Positions 50,396 to 58,874 of a stretch of 64,000 nt of DNA are shown in pieces. The notes below the pieces were generated by a model that saw only the letters and a program-made list of their open reading frames with translations, did not search any database and was not told the origin of the DNA. This stretch comes from an uncultured Actinomycetes bacterium (lineage in GTDB: Bacteria > Actinomycetota > UBA4738 > HRBIN12). The DNA lies in the NCBI GenBank assembly GCA_963777495.1, contig CAVZQM010000005.1, positions 15,401 to 79,400 of the forward strand, written 5' to 3'. How positions within the stretch are numbered: position 1 is the first letter of the stretch; every line of letters starts with the position of its first letter. The position numbers were made by a program, and so were the translations under genes.

Positions 50396-51094
50396 TCACG
50401 TTCCCGGCAGCTCGCGGGGTGCGGCCAGCCGGTAGCCCACACCGCGGACGGTCTGGATCAGCGGTGGCCCGATCCCGTCGATCTTGCGCCGCAGGTAGCT
50501 GACGTACGTCTCGACGATGTTCGCGTCGCCGCCGAAATCGTAGTTCCACACGTGATCGAGGATCTGCGCCTTCGACAACACGCGTGGCGCGTTCTGGATC
50601 AGGTAGCGCAGCAGACGGAACTCCGTCGCCGTGAGGTCGATCGTCGTGCCCGCGCGACGCACCTCGTGGGTCTGGTCGTCGAGCTCCAGGTCGGCGAACA
50701 CCAACGGCCCGTCCTCCCCCGCGGGGTCCGTGCGACGGAGGAGCGCCCTGATGCGCGCGACCAGCTCTTCGATGCTGAACGGCTTGGTGACGTAGTCGTC
50801 GCCGCCGAGCGTCAACCCGCGCACCTTGTCCTCGACGGCATCGCGGGCGGTGAGGAACAGCACCGGCACCTTGACCCGGTCGGCGGCGAGCCGCTCGGTC
50901 ACCGCGAACCCGTCCATGTCGGGGAGCATCACGTCGAGCACGATCAGGGCGGGGCGGAACGTGTCGACGAGCGCGAGAGCAGCGCGTCCGGTGCCGGCGG
51001 CCTCGACTTCGAATCCCTCGTATCGGAGAGCCATGGCGACCAGGTCCGTGATGCGTGGCTCGTCGTCCACGACGAGGATCCGCTGCGCGTGCAT
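50396..51094 (-). CDS. OmpR/PhoB-family response regulator
   Basis: 232 aa, intact. RILVVDDEPRITDLV...ALIVLDVMLPDMDGF...LFLTARDAVEDKVRGLTLGGDDYVTKPFSIEEL (REC); ...LTATEFRLLRYLIQNAPRVLSKAQILDHVW...NIVETYVSYLRRKID...IQTVRGVGYRL (winged helix). The kinase ATG follows 4 nt after the stop. Confidence 0.9.
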   Translation of the reverse strand: MHAQRILVVDDEPRITDLVAMALRYEGFEVEAAGTGRAALALVDTFRPALIVLDVMLPDMDGFAVTERLAADRVKVPVLFLTARDAVEDKVRGLTLGGDDYVTKPFSIEELVARIRALLRRTDPAGEDGPLVFADLELDDQTHEVRRAGTTIDLTATEFRLLRYLIQNAPRVLSKAQILDHVWNYDFGGDANIVETYVSYLRRKIDGIGPPLIQTVRGVGYRLAAPRELPGT

Positions 51095-51172
51095 GGCCGA
51101 ACCATAGCCCCGTTCCCTGGGAAGTCCCTGAGAACGTCGGACTCCTGTGGGCCTTCACCTGCGGATCGCCGG

Positions 51173-51247
51173 TCGGGGCGGCGGGACTCGAACCCGCGAC
51201 CTCGTGCTCCCAAAGCACGCGCGCTAGCCAGGCTGCGCTACGCCCCG
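51173..51247 (-). tRNA. tRNA-Pro (anticodon TGG)
   Basis: Reverse complement CGGGGCGTAGCGCAGCCTGGCTAGCGCGCGTGCTTTGGGAGCACGAGGTCGCGGGTTCGAGTCCCGCCGCCCCGA. Anticodon loop TTTGGGA (positions 34-36 = TGG), T-loop TTCGAGT. CCA not fully encoded. Confidence 0.95.
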
Positions 51248-51365
51248 TGTCCCTAGCGTACGGTGCCCGGGCGGCGGAGGCGAGCGATGGGGACCAGCTC
51301 AGGCCGGCGGGCTCCCCGTCCTTCGGCCGATGCGGCCTGCCGGAGGGCGGGGGTAGGGTGCCCGC

Positions 51366-51779
51366 ATGCAGGCACTTCCCTCAAGTCACGGGCGGATGAA
51401 CGCCACGAACGTGCTGACCATGCTGCTCGGTGTCGCGCTCGTGCTTGGAGCCGTCCTGGCCATCCTTTCGCTCAAGCCGGCAGGCTCCGGACCGGCCTTC
51501 GCGGTGACCGCGGTGGACGCGAACGCGTGTCCCACCGGCGAGGGGGCACCGGCGTGCTTCCAGGTCCTGATCCAGAACGCCGGTTCGGAGAGCGCACGCG
51601 TGCTCTGCGAGCTGGTGCCGGCGGAGGGCACGACGGCCGTCTTCTTCTCCGGGGAGACCAGCTACACGAGCGCGGCGACGATCGCCCCGCAACAGACGCT
51701 CCCGCTCCCCGTCAAGGTCAACGTCGTCGAGGGGAACGACACGGTGGTGAGCCCGAGCGTGGGCTGCTCGCCCGTCTAG
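51366..51779 (+). CDS. hypothetical single-pass membrane protein
   Basis: TM segment NVLTMLLGVALVLGAVLAILSL followed by a Cys-containing beta-rich ectodomain. ATG 51396 is an alternative start. No family recognised. The 3' end overlaps the convergent PhzF-like ORF by about 60 nt. Confidence 0.45.
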   Translation: MQALPSSHGRMNATNVLTMLLGVALVLGAVLAILSLKPAGSGPAFAVTAVDANACPTGEGAPACFQVLIQNAGSESARVLCELVPAEGTTAVFFSGETSYTSAATIAPQQTLPLPVKVNVVEGNDTVVSPSVGCSPV

Positions 51780-52641
51780 CTAGCCGGTGCGGAACGACGC
51801 CGTCACCGACGATCCGCACCCCACCACCGACGCGCAGCGCAGGACCGCCGTCGGTGTCGACGTCGACGTGGAGGAAGCTCGCCCGTCCCACCATCTCGCC
51901 CTGCGCCACGACGACCCTGCCGGGCATGCCCGCGAGGCCGTGGTCGGCCAGATACATGCCGAGCGGACCGGCCGCCGATCCCGTCGCCGGGTCCTCGCCG
52001 ATGTTCGCGCCGCGATCGAACATGCGAGCCATGACGTCACCCGGCCCGCGAACCGCGAACAGGTAGAGCGACTCGGCCTCTGCGGCCGCGCAGACCGTCC
52101 CGCACCCGGCGTCGTCCCGCCGGGCTCGGCGCAGCGTCTCCTCGTCACGGACCGGCACCATCAGGTGAGGCAATCCGGTCGAACCCACGACGATCGGAAG
52201 CCCGTCGACGAGGTCGCTCGGCTCGAGCCCCGCAGCGCGCGCGACGCCGTCGCGATCGACGATCGCGTCGCCGAACCGTGCCGGGAGCTGGTCCATCCAC
52301 GCGGTTCCACCGGCGACGTCGACCTCGACGGGGACGTCCCCGGCCGCCGACGACTGCACCACGCGCCGATCGACCCGGCCCTCTGAGGCCAAGGTGAACG
52401 CGGTGCCGAGCGTCGGGTGGCCGGCGAACGGCAACTCGGCGTCGGGCGTGAAGATCCGGACGTCGTAGCCACCCTCCCGGACGCCGGTCACGAACGTGGT
52501 CTCGGAGAACGCGATCTCGCGGGCGAGCGTGGCCATCGTCTCGGTGGACAGGTCGGCGGGAGGACCCGGAACGACGCAGAGTTGGTTCCCCGCGAAGGGG
52601 GCCTCGGTGAATACGTCGACCAGCCGGAACGCGACCTCCAC
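51718..52641 (-). CDS. PhzF-family isomerase
   Basis: GTG 52641 (the ORF-track start 52698 would overlap tRNA-Gly). VEVAFRLVDVFTEAPFAGNQLCVV...REIAFSETTFV...YDVRIFTPDAELPFAGHPTLGTAF...GLPHLMVPV...ARMFDRGANIGEDPATGSAAGPLGMYL. The 3' end may be extended by an undetected frame error. Confidence 0.8.
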   Translation of the reverse strand: MEVAFRLVDVFTEAPFAGNQLCVVPGPPADLSTETMATLAREIAFSETTFVTGVREGGYDVRIFTPDAELPFAGHPTLGTAFTLASEGRVDRRVVQSSAAGDVPVEVDVAGGTAWMDQLPARFGDAIVDRDGVARAAGLEPSDLVDGLPIVVGSTGLPHLMVPVRDEETLRRARRDDAGCGTVCAAAEAESLYLFAVRGPGDVMARMFDRGANIGEDPATGSAAGPLGMYLADHGLAGMPGRVVVAQGEMVGRASFLHVDVDTDGGPALRVGGGVRIVGDGVVPHRLARRASSPRSGSPPCRSPRRR

Positions 52642-52683
52642 GGCGGGCAGTATCGCAGTTGCTACGCTGGAGACCGGCTCCGC

Positions 52684-52754
<71 letters not shown>

Positions 52755-52850
52755 CCCACATCCGTTCCCAGCATGCGCGCGGGGGATTGCTGCTGCGCTC
52801 GACCGGGTAAGAGGCGAGTCACCCGATCAACCGCATCCAAGGAGGACGAC

Positions 52851-53343
52851 ATGGCCGGCAAGATGCATCCGACCCGCATCGACATCCCCGAAGAGCAGCG
52901 CAAGAAGCTGGTGGCGCTCCTCAACCGTCAGCTCGCCGACACGCTGGACCTGTACTCGCAGACGAAGTTCGCGCACTGGAACGTGAAGGGAAGCGACTTC
53001 ATCCAGCTGCACCTGCTCTACGACCAGCTCGCGGGCCACATCATCGAGCACGTCGACCTGATCGCGGAACGCGCGACCACGCTCGGCGGCACCGCGCTCG
53101 GCACCGCTCGGATGGCCGCCAAGGCCTCGACGCTCGACGAGTTCCCGGCGACCGCGCTGAACGGCATGGATTCCGTGAAGGCGCTCGCCGACCGCTTCGC
53201 GGCGTACGCGGAGAGCACCCGCCACTCGATCGAGGAGTCCGAGAAGCTGGAGGACGACCGGCACGAGCGATCTGTTCACCGAGGTCTCTCGCCAGGTCGA
53301 CACCGATCTCTGGTTCCTGGAGGCCCACGTTCAGAAGGCCTGA
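52851..53343 (+). pseudogene. dps: Dps-family DNA-protection / ferritin-like protein; one frame change near the 3' end
   Basis: ATG 52851 after AAGGAGGA. ...LVALLNRQLADTLDLYSQTKFAHWNVKGSDFIQLHLLYDQLAGHIIEHVDLIAERATTLGG...EESEKLEDD, then GTSDLFTEVSRQVDTDLWFLEAHVQKA* (TGA 53341-53343). Break near 53255. Confidence 0.85.
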
Positions 53344-53438
53344 CCCCCAAAGGCGCTCCGGGAGCGATGGCACCGCGGCGCCACGGAGGACATGGGTAGC
53401 ATGGTCCGTCGCGATGGTCGGTCGATCGATCACGCTCG

Positions 53439-53511
53439 GCGCCGGTAGCTCAGGGGACAGAGCGGCGGACTTCTAATCCGCGGGCCGGAGGTTCGAATCC
53501 TCCCCGGCGCA
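53439..53511 (+). tRNA. tRNA-Arg (anticodon TCT)
   Basis: GCGCCGGTAGCTCAGGGGACAGAGCGGCGGACTTCTAATCCGCGGGCCGGAGGTTCGAATCCTCCCCGGCGCA. Anticodon loop CTTCTAA, T-loop TTCGAAT. Followed by CCG. Confidence 0.95.
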
Positions 53512-53530
53512 CCGTCTTACCTGCCGTCAG

Positions 53531-54100
53531 TCATGAGACCCAGGAGCCGTACGTATCGTCCGTTCCTTTGACCACGTAGCCCTCTTCCGTCGCGACGAGT
53601 CGGTAGACGGCGCCGGAGCCGCACAGTCCTCCGCAGACAGAGCCGCCCTCAACACGCAGGCCGTCGGCCGTTTCCACGATCGGGCTCAGGAGGATCTCCT
53701 GGAACGAATCCTCGGGCGATGGTCCCGGATCATCGGTGGGGATGAAGACGATCTCACCCAGATCCTGCAGTCGCGCCCGAAGTTCCTGCTCCTCTTCGAG
53801 GCTGAGACGGTCGGGGCACGTGGACTGCGGCTCGATCAACTGGAAGCACAGGTCGGTCAGAACGTAGATGGGCGCCGGTCCCGCGGGGTCCGCGAGATGC
53901 CGGATGAGCACCTCGTACGCATCGACGCGCGAGAGGTCCGGCGAAGGCGTCGGAGGCATCGAGCCCTCGCTGCCCGGTGAGGGACCTTCGGATGGTGTCG
54001 GAGGCATCGAGCGTTCGCTTCCCGTTGCGGAGGGGTCATCTGCGCAGGCCGCGAGAGCGACGGCCATCAGCAACCCGAGTGCGAACACGATGCGCCTCAT
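53531..54100 (-). CDS. hypothetical lipoprotein
   Basis: ATG 54100 after GAGGTGGA. MRRIVFALGLLMAVALAAC (lipobox). Ser/Pro linker with a duplicated SMPPTPS unit (16-nt DNA copy GTCGGAGGCATCGAGC at 53949-53964 and 53997-54012), then a Cys-containing globular part. No family recognised. Confidence 0.6.
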   Translation of the reverse strand: MRRIVFALGLLMAVALAACADDPSATGSERSMPPTPSEGPSPGSEGSMPPTPSPDLSRVDAYEVLIRHLADPAGPAPIYVLTDLCFQLIEPQSTCPDRLSLEEEQELRARLQDLGEIVFIPTDDPGPSPEDSFQEILLSPIVETADGLRVEGGSVCGGLCGSGAVYRLVATEEGYVVKGTDDTYGSWVS

Positions 54101-54290
54101 GGGATCCACCTCAGACGCGTCGTACCCACCGATGGGTTCCTCGCCGTTAGATGCCGCCCACCCACGTGTCCGGCGGGTCCTCCCCCGATGAGCCCGTCCA
54201 CGCCGGCGGAGCCGACCTTCGCCGACCGCCGGTGGATGGAGCCGTCTGTCCGTCGGTGCTCGGACGAGCGGGGTGGACGTCATGCCCACG

Positions 54291-55253
54291 TCATGCTCCG
54301 GATACGCGCTGCTCGTGCTCTCGGGCGCGCCACCAGAGCTGCCTCGCTTGACAATCCGCGAACTCCCGGCGCGGACAGTTCGTGCAGTAGTCGGGAACGC
54401 CGGGCGGGTCCGAGAAGCGCTCGAGGTAGTCCCGGTGGTCGTCGTCGAGGTCCGCGTCGTCGAGTCCGTACGTGCCGGTGAAGACCAAGCAGCAGCCTCC
54501 CTTCTGCATGACGCAGACCTGACCGTGTTCGGTCGGCACGACCCGGAGCGTCGCCCGGGCCTTCCACGGAACGCCGGGCACGGCGATCAACGCGCGCAGC
54601 GTCTCCACGTCCGGCTCCGTCACGGGGATCGTGGCCTGGTACGCGAGCACGGATGCGAACCCGTCGCCGACCTCGTTCCACAGCCCGACCTTCCCGACAC
54701 GGGCCAGGCCGCGGCACGCCTCCATCACCGGTTGGACGGCGTCGACCAGCGCCGTGACCATCCGCGCGCGGCGCTCGCTCGCATCGTCGATCACGAGCAC
54801 GTTCGGAAGACCGCTCCAGGGGTGACCAGGCGCGACCGCCGACGTCACCTCGCCGAGCTCGACGGCGTCGGTCCATCCGTCGGGATGCAGCAGCCATCTG
54901 ATCGTGGCGGGATCCACCAGGAACCCGGCGCCCGAGCCGACGAACGCGTAGCCGAGCGCGGTTGCCGCCAGTCCGCCGAACCATCCGGCCAGATAGGTGG
55001 CGGCCGCTCGGGGCGTTGCCCCCTCGGCCGTCAGTGCGTCACGCAGCTCCCGCAGGACCCGGGCATCGTCCGCGAGCACGTCGTCCACGCCGAGCGAGCG
55101 ATGGGTCGCCCGGTCGGACGCCTCGGCGGAGGCGAAGAACCGGACGAGGTGCGTGTCCAACCACGCTGCCGGCGTCCCGGCCGGAAGGCGCATCGTCGTG
55201 TGCGGGTGGGTTCCCTCGCTCGCAGGTTCGATCACGGGTTCCTTCTTAGACAC
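54291..55253 (-). CDS. FhuF-like (2Fe-2S)-binding ferric-siderophore reductase candidate
   Basis: 320 aa, intact. The C-terminus GGCCLVFTG...(insert)...DYCTNCP resembles the FhuF C-C-x(n)-C-x2-C cluster motif. The central ...AAATYLAGWFGGLAATALGYAF... resembles the FhuF/IucA-C helical region. Start uncertain: GTG 55253 or ATG 55193. Confidence 0.55.
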   Translation of the reverse strand: MSKKEPVIEPASEGTHPHTTMRLPAGTPAAWLDTHLVRFFASAEASDRATHRSLGVDDVLADDARVLRELRDALTAEGATPRAAATYLAGWFGGLAATALGYAFVGSGAGFLVDPATIRWLLHPDGWTDAVELGEVTSAVAPGHPWSGLPNVLVIDDASERRARMVTALVDAVQPVMEACRGLARVGKVGLWNEVGDGFASVLAYQATIPVTEPDVETLRALIAVPGVPWKARATLRVVPTEHGQVCVMQKGGCCLVFTGTYGLDDADLDDDHRDYLERFSDPPGVPDYCTNCPRREFADCQARQLWWRAREHEQRVSGA

Positions 55254-55282
55254 CTCGAAGAGAGGCCTTAGGTTGGCCGAAG
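55246..55282 (+). promoter_or_regulatory. second tandem pair of the TTAGRY-N4-CGAAG motif, at the 5' end of the FhuF-like gene
   Basis: TTAGACACCTCGAAG (55246-55260) and TTAGGTTGGCCGAAG (55268-55282), with starts 22 nt apart. Same orientation relative to the downstream minus-strand gene as the efeU pair. Confidence 0.35.
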
Positions 55283-55367
55283 GATACTGGGTTCGTCCTC
55301 GAGTGCTGGCTCAGCGAACACGTACCATCCTCCGGGAGACCCGTACGACCGACGAGGAGGCTCAACC

Positions 55368-55742
55368 GTGCGACCGGACGACCCCGAGCGACTCGACCCC
55401 GACCTGGATCCCGAGGACGACCCCGGCGCGGACCTCGAGGCCAGGATCGAGCTGGCCGACCATGCGTTCGCGGCGGAATCGTTCGGCGTGACGGCAGAGG
55501 AACAGGTCCGCGGCGAGTCGCTCGACCAACGGTTGGCTGAGGAGCGTTCCGAAGGTCGCACGTCGGACCTCGACATCGCGATCGAAGACACCGACGCGCC
55601 CGACGACGAGCCACAGATGGTCGGCGACGCCGTGATCGAGCGCGACCCGCTCGTGGCACCGGAGGACGCGGCCATGTCGATCCGCGAACGCGCGCCGGGG
55701 GCGGTCGATCACGAGGACGACTACGTCGAGCCTGACGCGTAG
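55368..55742 (+). CDS. highly acidic hypothetical protein (DUF5709-like)
   Basis: GTG 55368 after GAGGAGG. 124 aa, very Asp/Glu-rich (PDDPERLDPDLDPEDDPGADLE...DIAIEDTDAPDDEPQ...). Resembles the acidic DUF5709 proteins of actinobacteria. Family tentative. Confidence 0.5.
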   Translation: MRPDDPERLDPDLDPEDDPGADLEARIELADHAFAAESFGVTAEEQVRGESLDQRLAEERSEGRTSDLDIAIEDTDAPDDEPQMVGDAVIERDPLVAPEDAAMSIRERAPGAVDHEDDYVEPDA

Positions 55743-55760
55743 CGTGATCGGTGTCGGTGG

Positions 55761-56051
55761 CTACGTGCGGGGGTAGGTGTAGCCGTACCCCTCGACCTGT
55801 CTCGCGCGGGTCGACGTGGCGTAGAACCGCTCGCGAGGGATATCGATCCGTTCCGCGCAGTAGCCGCACGTGAAGGCCCGTTGCCACCGCGAGGGGATCG
55901 CCTGGCGGTATCCGCAGTCGGGACACGTCTCGAAGATGATCTCCGCGAAGCACGTGAAGCAGGCGTATCTCACGGCGTCATCGCCGACGGGGTTCGGCAT
56001 CATGCAGTCGGGACACGTGAGGTAGGCCATTGTCCCCCTAGGGGTCGTCAC
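55761..56051 (-). CDS. small double zinc-ribbon protein, hypothetical
   Basis: Four CxxC pairs: CPDC...CFTC and CPDC...CGYC (MAYLTCPDCMMPNPVGDDAVRYACFTCFAEIIFETCPDCGYRQAIPSRWQRAFTCGYCAERIDI). ATG 56030 is an alternative start. Confidence 0.5.
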   Translation of the reverse strand: MTTPRGTMAYLTCPDCMMPNPVGDDAVRYACFTCFAEIIFETCPDCGYRQAIPSRWQRAFTCGYCAERIDIPRERFYATSTRARQVEGYGYTYPRT

Positions 56052-56078
56052 CCGAGCGGCCGACCTTGATACCTCACT

Positions 56079-57170
56079 TCAGGGAACCACGGGACCCATC
56101 GAGGCGAGGAGTCCTTCGTCGACCGGTCCCGGCCGATCCGCCACGACGGTGACGTGGCCCAGCTTGCGTCCGGGCCGGGGGTCCTTGCCGTACAGGTGGA
56201 GGTGAGCACCTGCGATCGCGGCGACGGCCGCCGGGTCGGGGACGTCCCCGATCAGGTTCACCATGGCGCTCGAGCCCCTGAGTTCCGTCGAGCCCAGCGG
56301 CAACCCGGTCACGGCGCGGAGGTGGTTCTCGAACTGGCTGGTCACGGCACCCTCGATCGTCCAGTGCCCCGAGTTGTGCACGCGTGGCGCCATCTCGTTG
56401 CCCAGGAGCTCCTCCCCCACCTGGAACAGCTCGATCGCCATGACGCCGACGTACGCCAATCGGTCCATGACGGCGCGGGCATGCGCCTCGGCCCGGCTCT
56501 GGAGCCCTGCCGTGACCTCGCCCGCGGGAGCGACCGACATCCTCAGGATCCCGTCCCGATGATGGTTCTCGACGAGCGGATAGAACGCGACGGAACCATC
56601 GCGACCCCGGACCCCGATGATCGACAGCTCGCGGTCGAACGGCACGAGCCGCTCCAGGATCGACGGCACCTCGCCGATCGCGCGCCACGCGTCCTCGGCG
56701 AGCACGGCGTCATGCAGGACGGTCTGCCCCTTGCCGTCGTATCCGAGCCGGCGCGTCTTGAGCACGGCGGGCGTGCCGACGCGCCCCACGGCCGCGCGGA
56801 GTTCGTCCGGTGTCGCGAGCGCCTCGTGGACCGCCGTCGGAAGACCCACCTCGTCGAACAACGCCTTCTCGCGCACGCGGTCCTGCGCGATCTCCAGCGC
56901 CTCCACGGGAGGGAACACGGGCGCCCGTTCCATCAGGAAGCGCGCGGCGTCGACCGGTACGTTCTCGAACTCGAACGTCGCGACGTCCACGCCGTCCGCC
57001 AATCGCGCGAGCGCCTGCAGATCGTCGTACTGGCCGAGGATGCTCGGCGCCACCTGCGACGCCGGCGAGTCGCGCGCCGGATCCAACGTGGTGCAGCGGA
57101 TGTCGAGCGGGTAGCCGGCGATCGCGAGCATGCGGCCGAGCTGCCCGCCCCCGACGATGCCGACGCGCAC
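56079..57170 (-). CDS. purK: 5-(carboxyamino)imidazole ribonucleotide synthase
   Basis: 363 aa, intact, GTG start. RVGIVGGGQLGRMLA...ATFEFENVP...AVLKTRRLGYDGKGQ (ATP-grasp)...NEMAPRVHNSGHWT...GRKLGHVT. Confidence 0.95.
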   Translation of the reverse strand: MRVGIVGGGQLGRMLAIAGYPLDIRCTTLDPARDSPASQVAPSILGQYDDLQALARLADGVDVATFEFENVPVDAARFLMERAPVFPPVEALEIAQDRVREKALFDEVGLPTAVHEALATPDELRAAVGRVGTPAVLKTRRLGYDGKGQTVLHDAVLAEDAWRAIGEVPSILERLVPFDRELSIIGVRGRDGSVAFYPLVENHHRDGILRMSVAPAGEVTAGLQSRAEAHARAVMDRLAYVGVMAIELFQVGEELLGNEMAPRVHNSGHWTIEGAVTSQFENHLRAVTGLPLGSTELRGSSAMVNLIGDVPDPAAVAAIAGAHLHLYGKDPRPGRKLGHVTVVADRPGPVDEGLLASMGPVVP

Positions 57171-57176
57171 GGCGAG

Positions 57177-57671
57177 CTACCGGTCGTCGGGGTCGGGGTG
57201 CGACAGGACGTTCTGGGTCTGGGTGGCGCGGAACCGCTTCAGCCGGTCGCGCACGCCGTCGTCCTCGAGCGCGACGATCTCCGCCGCGAGCAAGGCGGCG
57301 TTGACCGCGCCGGCCCGCCCGATCGCGAGCGTTCCCACGGGCACGCCGGCCGGCATCTGCACGATCGAGAGCAGCGAGTCCATCCCCTTGAGCGCCTTCG
57401 ATTCGATCGGAACGCCCAACACCGGAAGCTCCGTCTTGGCGGCGGTCATGCCCGGCAGGTGCGCGGCGCCCCCAGCGCCCGCGACGATCACCTTCAGCCC
57501 GCGTTCGGCGGCCGTCGATGCGTACTCGAACAGGAGGTCCGGCGTCCGGTGAGCGGACACCACGCGCGTCTCGTAGCGGACGTCGAGGTCCTCGAGCGTC
57601 TCGACCGTGACCCGCATGGTCTCCCAATCGGAACGCGAACCCATGATGACGCCCACCTGCGGCTCGCCCAC
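57177..57671 (-). CDS. purE: 5-(carboxyamino)imidazole ribonucleotide mutase
   Basis: 164 aa, intact. [14 protein letters not shown]...[10 protein letters not shown]...[26 protein letters not shown]. Confidence 0.95.
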   Translation of the reverse strand: MGEPQVGVIMGSRSDWETMRVTVETLEDLDVRYETRVVSAHRTPDLLFEYASTAAERGLKVIVAGAGGAAHLPGMTAAKTELPVLGVPIESKALKGMDSLLSIVQMPAGVPVGTLAIGRAGAVNAALLAAEIVALEDDGVRDRLKRFRATQTQNVLSHPDPDDR

Positions 57672-57693
57672 GGCGTGAGTCTAGCGGTGGCCG

Positions 57694-58868
57694 CTAGGGC
57701 AGGAAGTGGGTCGGCGGATCGTCCATCGTGAGGACGTCGCGATGGATCGTCCAGTCGCTCACGTCGGACTCGGCCTTACCATCGAAGACCAGCTCGACGA
57801 GCGACTTGCCGAACACGCTCGCGAACTTGAACGCGTGCGCCGCGCCCTGTCCCACGGCCGCCCGCTCGTGCCCCGGCACCAGGTCGATCACGAAATCGCG
57901 GTCGGGCGTCATCGTGTACAGGCACGTGCGCTGCCGGAGGTACGGGCCGAACCCACCGGGGAGGTGCTCCTGCATGAACGCGTCGAGGACCGCGCCGTAC
58001 GCCGGGTCGGGTTCCATCGAGCGGGTGTCGCCGGTCACCTCGTGGCCGCCGACGTCGCGGCCGATCTTGGCGCCCGCCTCGCCGAACGCCGGGAACCCGT
58101 AGAACGACGGATCGCCCATCCAGATCCAGATCGGGAACCGCTCGGGCGCGAACGCCTCCAGGTCGCGCGACGCGTAGTAGTGCACCTGCTCCTGCGTCAC
58201 GGTCAGGTTGATCGGCCGCCAGAGCTGCTCGAGGATCTCGTTGGTCCACGCGTCGGCGGCGATGATCAGGCGCTCCGCCCGGTACGTGACGCCGCCGGCG
58301 ACCAGCTCGTAGCCGCCACCTTCCTCGCGGACCGACGTCACGCGCGCGTCGTCCACGAGCGTCGCGCCGAGCTCGGTCGCGACCCGTCGGTGCGCCGCGT
58401 TGGCCCGGTGCCGCAGCGGCGATCCCCGACGACTCCTGGAACATCACGCGGGTGTCGTCGTCCAGCCGCCACTGCGGCCAGCGGCGCATCGCCTCGCCGG
58501 CATCCATCCACTCGTACGGCAGCTCGAGCCGCATCGAGCGAACGCTCGTAGTGCGGCGCCCAGTCCATCGCGTCGGGCGGATACAGGTCGATGCCCCCGG
58601 TCGTGACGACCAGCTGCTCACCGGACGCGTCCTCCACGTCGGCCCACGCCGCGTAGGCGTCCTGCGCGAACCGGACGTAGCCCGGCGTGTGGTAGCTCAG
58701 CCGGATGATCCGCGAATGGTCCTGGGACGCGCCGCGTTCGTGCCCGAGCTCGAAGCGCTCCAGCCCGAGGACGCCGGCTCCCGCCCGCTTCGCCGCCCAG
58801 TACGCCGCGCCCGAGCCGATCCCACCCAGGCCGACGACCGCGACGTCGAACTCGCGACGCTCGCCCAC
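57694..58868 (-). pseudogene. monomeric sarcosine oxidase / N-methyltryptophan oxidase-like FAD enzyme; two frame changes
   Basis: FDVAVVGLGGIGSGAAYWAA (FAD GxGxxG)...HERGASQDHSRIIRLSY..., then RLELPYEWMDAGEAMRRWPQWRLDDDTRVMFQESSGI, then ...LIIAADAWTNEIL...YYGFPAFGEAGAKIG...DRDFVIDLVPG...VGQGAAHAFKFASVFG. Breaks near 58545 and 58423. Confidence 0.85.
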
Positions 58869-58874
58869 GCGGGG

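Noticed and set aside
55268-55286. Canonical IdeR/DtxR box
   Set aside because: TTAGGTTGGCCGAAGGATA matches the mycobacterial consensus TTAGGTTAGGCTAACCTAA at only 12 of 19 positions, and the second half is not the inverted repeat of the first. I kept it only as one copy of the new TTAGRY-N4-CGAAG motif.
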